This document shows, one piece after another, positions 61,401 to 64,000 of a stretch of DNA of 64,000 nucleotides. The notes beneath the pieces were generated by a model. That model saw only the letters and a program-made list of their open reading frames with translations. It was not told where the DNA came from and searched no databases. Made by a program: the position numbers and the translations under genes. This DNA comes from Bispira polyomma (taxonomy: Eukaryota), in the NCBI GenBank assembly GCA_965649765.1, contig OZ287751.1, positions 7,006,001 to 7,070,000 on the forward strand, written 5' to 3'. Position 1 is the stretch's first letter, and every line of letters starts with the position of its first letter.

Positions 61401-63424
61401 ATTCTATTCCTTAGTGGTATGTTTAATATCTGGGGCCGTATTCACAAACATTCTTTGCATAAAATTCTTAGATTTTTCTTAGTTTCAGCCAATCAGATAT
61501 GCTTTGAAACAATACTTTTTCAACTAGTCAAATTAGTTGTGAATATTAGTCCTGTACTAGTGGATTCCAAGGTGCAACAAAACAACTGGGATTCTTCATT
61601 GTGTAGATAAAATCCCTATCCTTGACATGATGGGATTGGTAAGGCTGGCTTAGGGAAAGGCTCTGCTAAATAGTAATTTTTTAACCATCTGCGGAAGGAT
61701 GATATAGAATAAGTAGTATGCATATCATGAGACAGATCATTAACAGTTAAATTCTTACATATTCTTTCTTTCAATATTGTTTACACAATTTAGTTGGCTA
61801 AACAAATATAGGATTGCTTCCCTTTGCTGGTCATTAGAACTTTAGATCGTTTAGGCAGTGGCAGCAATTATGGCAGTGAAATGTTAAAATAAATGAACAA
61901 ATCTATAATACATTGTATAATTTATATAATGATCAATGTTCTTTTTTTATATTTAATCTAGGTGTGGATGGGAAATGATGATCAATTAATCATCAAATCA
62001 GCAGGCTCAAAGTCATTCAGAGTTACAGCTCTTGCTTTAGAACTTGTGAAAGTTGTCAACTTCACTGTGACATATAAACCACTAGGAGATACTCACAAGG
62101 TATGTTATTTTTTTACATAAGTAGATACCAAAAAATGGCTGAGAAAAAAATAGCTAAGATTCTAGATCATATAGCAAACTTTTGAAGTTACTACAGGAAC
62201 AAACATATTTTAAACGATTACAAAGGTAATGCATATGTATTTTCATTAACTTTAGTATTAGTCAAAGATGACAAACTAATAATGAGAACAAAATGTAGTG
62301 TCTGAAACAAGCATAAATCTTTGTTGGCATTTGTGTAACTCACATAATTTAATTATTTCTGTGAATCTTGTTATTGCAGATTCTAGTCAATGACACAAAA
62401 AGGACACATGTTCATGTACCGGTCGAAATGAACATAGAAATAGAAAAAATTAGGTTCCAATTTTACTCCACCAGCGGAGAACAAAAAGTGAAGAATATTC
62501 AGCTAAAAGGGTGCATAGAAGCACAATCTACTACAACATCTACAACACCTGCTCCCACAACTACATCTACAACACCTACTCCTACCACAACATCTACAAC
62601 ACCTGCTCCTACCACATCTACAACACCTGCTCCAACCACAGCATCTACAACACCTGCCCCAACCACAACATCTACAACACCTGCCCCAACCACAACATCT
62701 ACAACACCTGCCCCAACAACTACATCTACAACACCTGCCACAACCACTACATCTACAACACCTGCGCCAACCACTACATCTACAACACTTGCCCCAACAA
62801 CCACACCCACAACACCTGCCCCAACCACAACATCTACCACACCTGCCCCAACAACTACATCTACAACACCTGCACCAACAACTACATTGACAACACCTGC
62901 ACCAACAACTACATCGACAACACCTGCACCAACAACTACATCGATAACACCTGCACCAACAACTACATCTACAACACCTGCCCCAACAACTACATCTACA
63001 ACACCTGCCCCAACCACAACATCTACCACACCTGCCCCAACCACTACATCTACCACACCTGCACCAACAACTACATCGACAACCCCTGCTCCAACTACTA
63101 CATCTACAACATCTGCCCCAACCACTACATCTACAACACCTGCCCCAACCACAACATCTACAACACCTGCTCCAACCACAACATCTACAACCCCTGCCCC
63201 AACAACAACATCTACAAGCCCTGCCCTAACAACAACATCTACAACACCTGCCCCAACCACAACATCCACAACACCGGCTCCAACCACAACATCTACAACA
63301 CCTGCTCCAACCACAACATCTACAACCCCTGCCCCAACAACAACATCTACAACCCCTGCTCTAACCACAACATCTACAACACCTACCCCAACCACAACAT
63401 CTACAATAGCAGTTTCAACAACAA
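11681..63424 (+). CDS. Giant secreted SCO-spondin-like / gel-forming-mucin-like glycoprotein (multi-exon, ~67 exons, 3' end beyond window)
   Basis: Chain of exons with compatible phases (GT-AG, one GC-AG), from ATG 11681 ([20 protein letters not shown], signal-peptide-like) to an open donor at 63424/63425. Domains: EMI, EGF, TB-like, 3x VWD-C8-TIL, 4x LDLRa, then PTS linkers and a repeated 2-Cys domain. Confidence 0.9.
13625..14451 (+). CDS. Exons: EGF-like domain (13625-13726) and TB/8-Cys-like domain (14245-14451)
   Basis: [27 protein letters not shown], then YCFKDKHC...[16 protein letters not shown]...CTMCP. Both are phase 1-1 exons and both are missed by the ORF track. Confidence 0.8.
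14560..15020 (+). mobile_element. Degenerate 3' fragment of an L2/CR1-clade LINE
   Basis: Remnant peptides FKTVVLVYK and SPKLWNDLP...[13 protein letters not shown], typical of L2/CR1 ORF2 C-termini, followed by a (GATT)n-like tail. Confidence 0.65.
15192..18345 (+). CDS. VWD1-C8-TIL-E assembly
   Basis: Exons 15192-15376 ([15 protein letters not shown]), 15674-15950 ([10 protein letters not shown]), 16264-16349 (FGNAW), 16876-16989, 17319-17517 (C8; YSREC...NWRTSTLC) and 18102-18345 (TIL). Confidence 0.92.
18968..24932 (+). CDS. VWD2-C8-TIL-E plus D'-like TIL-E
   Basis: Exons 18968-19130 (HINTFDG), 19564-19743, 20383-20520, 20841-21008 (YGLCGTMDG), 21246-21486 (C8), 22198-22456, 24228-24429 and 24838-24932. 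Confidence 0.9.
19378..19414. repeat. (TA)n microsatellite
   Basis: Uninterrupted TA run in an intron. Confidence 0.9.
20535..20685. mobile_element. Degenerate Tc1/pogo-type MITE
   Basis: CAGTAGAAC..TATTATCCGAA ... TCGAATAACAGAG..CACTA ends. Related copies at ~41340-41513 and ~53683-53870. Confidence 0.5.
23217..23865. mobile_element. Solo LTR (probably Ty3/Gypsy), 649 bp
   Basis: TGTGACGA...TCGCCACA termini with a 4-bp TSD ATAT (23213-23216 and 23866-23869). GC-richer than the flanking intron. Confidence 0.85.
25358..28690 (+). CDS. VWD3-C8-TIL-E assembly
   Basis: Exons 25358-25634 ([14 protein letters not shown]...[10 protein letters not shown]), 26227-26368, 26886-27219 (DGLCGNFDD), 27497-27606 ([15 protein letters not shown]...WRSKRFC), 27933-28077 and 28592-28690. 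Confidence 0.93.
25880..26130 (+). mobile_element. Degenerate L2/CR1-like LINE 3' fragment
   Basis: Remnants [11 protein letters not shown] and FRKHL resembling the 14560-15020 fragment. Confidence 0.4.
29093..30452 (+). CDS. Four LDL-receptor class A repeats
   Basis: Exons 29093-29253, 29636-29752, 29992-30120 and 30336-30452, each ending CD..xDC.D.(S/R)DE..C. Confidence 0.93.
31233..37824 (+). CDS. Repeated 2-Cys domain copies 1-4 with PTS linkers
   Basis: X1 31233-31477+31908-32070 (WC...VRAC); X2 in 32225-32841+33107-33272 (VEAC); PTS 33983-34090; X3 34609-34904+35203-35356 (VQSC); PTS 35994-36047; X4 36819-36949+37347-37499+37668-37824 (VVTC). Confidence 0.8.
32225..32560 (+). repeat. 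Coding minisatellite, ~27-bp unit encoding TTSTTPSPT (mucin PTS)
   Basis: Tandem ACAACAAGY-ACAACACCATCCCCT units. The same unit recurs at 38073-38207 and ~43620-43735. Confidence 0.92.
34120..34225 (-). mobile_element. Truncated inverted copy of SINE family 2
   Basis: TCATATCACGACAGGCAGTT..GGCAGAGGAAA..GGTCAA resembles the reverse complement of the 3' half of 40290-40547. Confidence 0.45.
36600..36778 (+). mobile_element. SINE family 1 copy
   Basis: TAGTTAGGGAGTTGATCT...GGTTCATTGGTAGGATAACATCCTTTGGCAAGATGTGAAC...GACGACCCAGG with an (AAT)n tail. Confidence 0.6.
38073..45134 (+). CDS. Repeated 2-Cys domain copies 5-8 with PTS linkers
   Basis: PTS 38073-38207; X5 38521-38819+39117-39273 (VAAC); linker 40591-40671; X6 41056-41330+41619-41775 (LAAC); X7 42148-42422+42758-42914 (VAIC); X8 43598-44010+44574-44751 (VEAC); PTS 45042-45134. 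Confidence 0.8.
39968..40208. mobile_element. Degenerate Harbinger-type MITE related to 1000-1699
   Basis: CAGGGACTGTATTCACAAAAG left end, CTTAG/CTAAG arrays, CTTTTGTAAGTACG right end. Confidence 0.5.
40290..40547 (+). mobile_element. tRNA-derived SINE (family 2)
   Basis: GGCCGCGGTGGCCTAGTGGTTAG (A box), GATTTCGAATCCC (B box), a non-tRNA body and a (CAAATT)n tail. Confidence 0.8.
45151..46432 (-). mobile_element. Relic of a second YR (DIRS/Ngaro-like) retroelement, gag-like 5' part
   Basis: Minus-strand ORF 46066-45830 begins [17 protein letters not shown], the same CxxCxxxHxxPVGxxC motif as the gag at 2885. The insert is bounded by (TA)n on both sides. Confidence 0.55.
46471..57437 (+). 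CDS. Repeated 2-Cys domain copies 9-12 with short PTS exons
   Basis: X9 46471-46763+47418-47589 (LLAC); 48310-48360; X10 49238-49515+50242-50401 (VKAC); 51254-51289; X11 52029-52312+52779-52932 (ITGC); 53590-53637; X12 54557-54867+56274-56439 (VYAC); 57408-57437. Confidence 0.8.
48480..48860 (+). mobile_element. Degenerate L2-like LINE 3' fragment
   Basis: Remnants GAFAVAAP and [10 protein letters not shown]. Confidence 0.55.
49538..49745 (+). mobile_element. SINE family 1 copy
   Basis: ATAGCCTAGTGGTTAGGGAG (A box)...TTGGCAAGATGTGA...TGATGATGACCCAGG. Confidence 0.6.
50451..50804. mobile_element. TIR MITE flanked by TA
   Basis: GGGGATGCCGTTTTGACACC ... GGTGTCAAAATGCCCACCCC imperfect inverted repeats with TA on both sides. 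Confidence 0.65.
51430..51905. mobile_element. Two SINE fragments in inverted orientation (Deu/Nin-domain-like)
   Basis: CTCCATCCAGGTGTATAAATGGGTACC...GAGAGTGAACAACTGGTTGA on + (~51795-51905), with a reverse-complement-like copy at ~51430-51560. Confidence 0.55.
52991..53136 (+). repeat. Dispersed ~146-bp repeat, inverted partner at 57219-57364
   Basis: ATGACCAGGCATCCTCTGTGG...AAAAAGGTTCGTGAT.AGAGTTCAGTC.TGACCAGCAGATGAA...GAAAGCGAGCTGATA.AGATGTGTTTTG. Confidence 0.85.
53300..53520 (+). mobile_element. SINE family 1 copy
   Basis: GTAGTTAGGGAGTTGGTCTGGTGATC...TGATGACCCAGACTATG...GGAGAATAAG-like body shared with 920-1877. Confidence 0.6.
57219..57364 (-). repeat. Inverted copy of 52991-53136
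   Basis: CAAAACACATCT...CCACAGAGGATGCCTGGTCAT is the reverse complement of the 52991 copy with scattered mismatches. Confidence 0.85.
58105..63424 (+). CDS. Repeated 2-Cys domain copies 13-14 and a long PTS exon
   Basis: X13 58105-58397+59066-59264 (LFTC); X14 61234-61343+61962-62099+62380-~62515 (LKGC), then ~300 aa of PTS to the donor ACAA|GTAAGT at 63424. Confidence 0.82.
59305..60153 (+). mobile_element. Internally deleted PIF/Harbinger transposon
   Basis: TIRs GCCCCAGTTTCACAAAGCCCTACTA / TAGTAGGGCTTTGTGAAACTGGGGC, CAG TSD (59302-59304, 60154-60156), subterminal CTACTA/TAGTAG arrays and an internal Myb/SANT ORF. Confidence 0.88.
59523..59777 (+). pseudogene. Truncated Myb/SANT-like (NAIF1/MSANTD-type) DNA-binding ORF of Harbinger
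   Basis: MAEF...[56 protein letters not shown]. Truncated before the third helix. Confidence 0.8.
61430..61554. mobile_element. Small Harbinger-type MITE
   Basis: CTGGGGCCGTATTCACAAA left end (same TIR as 1000-1699) and a degenerate GTTGTGAATATTAGTCCTG right end. Confidence 0.55.
62525..63424 (+). repeat. Coding minisatellite, 27-bp unit encoding TTSTTPAPT (~32 units)
   Basis: Tandem ACMACATCTACAACACCTGCNCCAACM units in frame with X14. Confidence 0.95.
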
Positions 63425-63749
63425 GTAAGTTAAATCATATTTTTTCAACTGTTGCCTTCACTCCTGTGAACATTCTTGTTACAATATTGTCCACAGTCTC
63501 TATAAGTATGAGCTTGATAGGTTAGCCCATCTTTACCTAATTTGATCCATGCATATTCATACGTCTTTAGTAATGTTTCAAATGTTTGCCAGATTCTATT
63601 AGTTCCAGTTTTTTACAATAATAATGAAGCAGTGTTATTGTTTTGAGCAAACCTAATGGCATCATCTAGGCATAAATAAAGTCATTTTGTAGTAAAATTT
63701 AACCATGAATCTTTTTTCTTTTAATTGGGTTACTTGAGATAAAAGCAAT

Positions 63750-64000
63750 GCTTCGTTGGACAATCTCTCTGTATATGCATGCTTCAATGGTATGCTTGAC
63801 ACTATTTGACATTTCAGTGTTACACTATACAAATAAACTACAAATTTTGTGTTATTGAATAATATATTTATATACACATGTGGAGAATGTTATAAACATA
63901 TTAAGGCCTCACAATGTTCCAATAATTTTCAGCCTTCTTATAATTTCCCCACATTTTTGTCAAAACTTCCTTTTTATTTTTCTGAAAATATGTTGCCGTA
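63750..64000 (+). repeat. Direct duplicate of ~56400-56652 (3' end of the X12 exon, its donor site and intron start)
   Basis: TTGGACAATCTCTCTGTATATGCATGCTTCAATG|GTATGCTTG...GAAAATATGTTGCCGTA is near-identical and runs off the window end. Confidence 0.92.

Noticed and set aside
11681-63424. Assigning the symbol SSPO, MUC2/MUC5 or Hml
   Set aside because: The architecture is a hybrid and the 3' end is missing, so orthology needs a phylogeny.
62499-63428. Long Val/Gly-rich antisense ORF and Asn/Tyr/Cys/His-rich alternative-frame ORF
   Set aside because: These are shadow frames of the TTSTTPAPT repeat. Only the Thr-rich frame is continuous with the spliced gene.

Overview
AT-rich, intron-rich animal genomic DNA. 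The repeat content suggests a marine invertebrate, possibly a mollusc, but this cannot be proven from the window. There are two main components. (1) 2652-9504 (+): a complete, young tyrosine-recombinase retrotransposon of the Ngaro/PAT type with split direct repeats (A1-gag-RT/RNaseH-YR-B1-A2-spacer-B2). Its gag/RT junction carries a textbook -1 ribosomal frameshift signal (A_AAA_AAC, 6-nt spacer, 9-bp hairpin), and its YR ORF is broken by one -1 frame change. (2) 11681 to beyond 64000 (+): a very large secreted glycoprotein gene, from which I read about 67 exons by eye with phase-compatible splice sites. Its architecture is signal peptide, EMI, EGF, TB-like, three VWD-C8-TIL assemblies, four LDLRa repeats (an SCO-spondin-like head), then a mucin-like body. 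In that body, Thr/Ser/Pro linkers alternate with at least 14 divergent copies of a ~135-150 aa two-cysteine domain, probably a degenerate F5/8-type-C (discoidin) fold. The introns hold a solo LTR, Harbinger MITEs (one retaining its Myb/SANT ORF), SINEs, LINE 3' fragments, a second gag-like YR-retroelement relic and local exon-fragment duplications. All calls are by inspection; no database searches were run.
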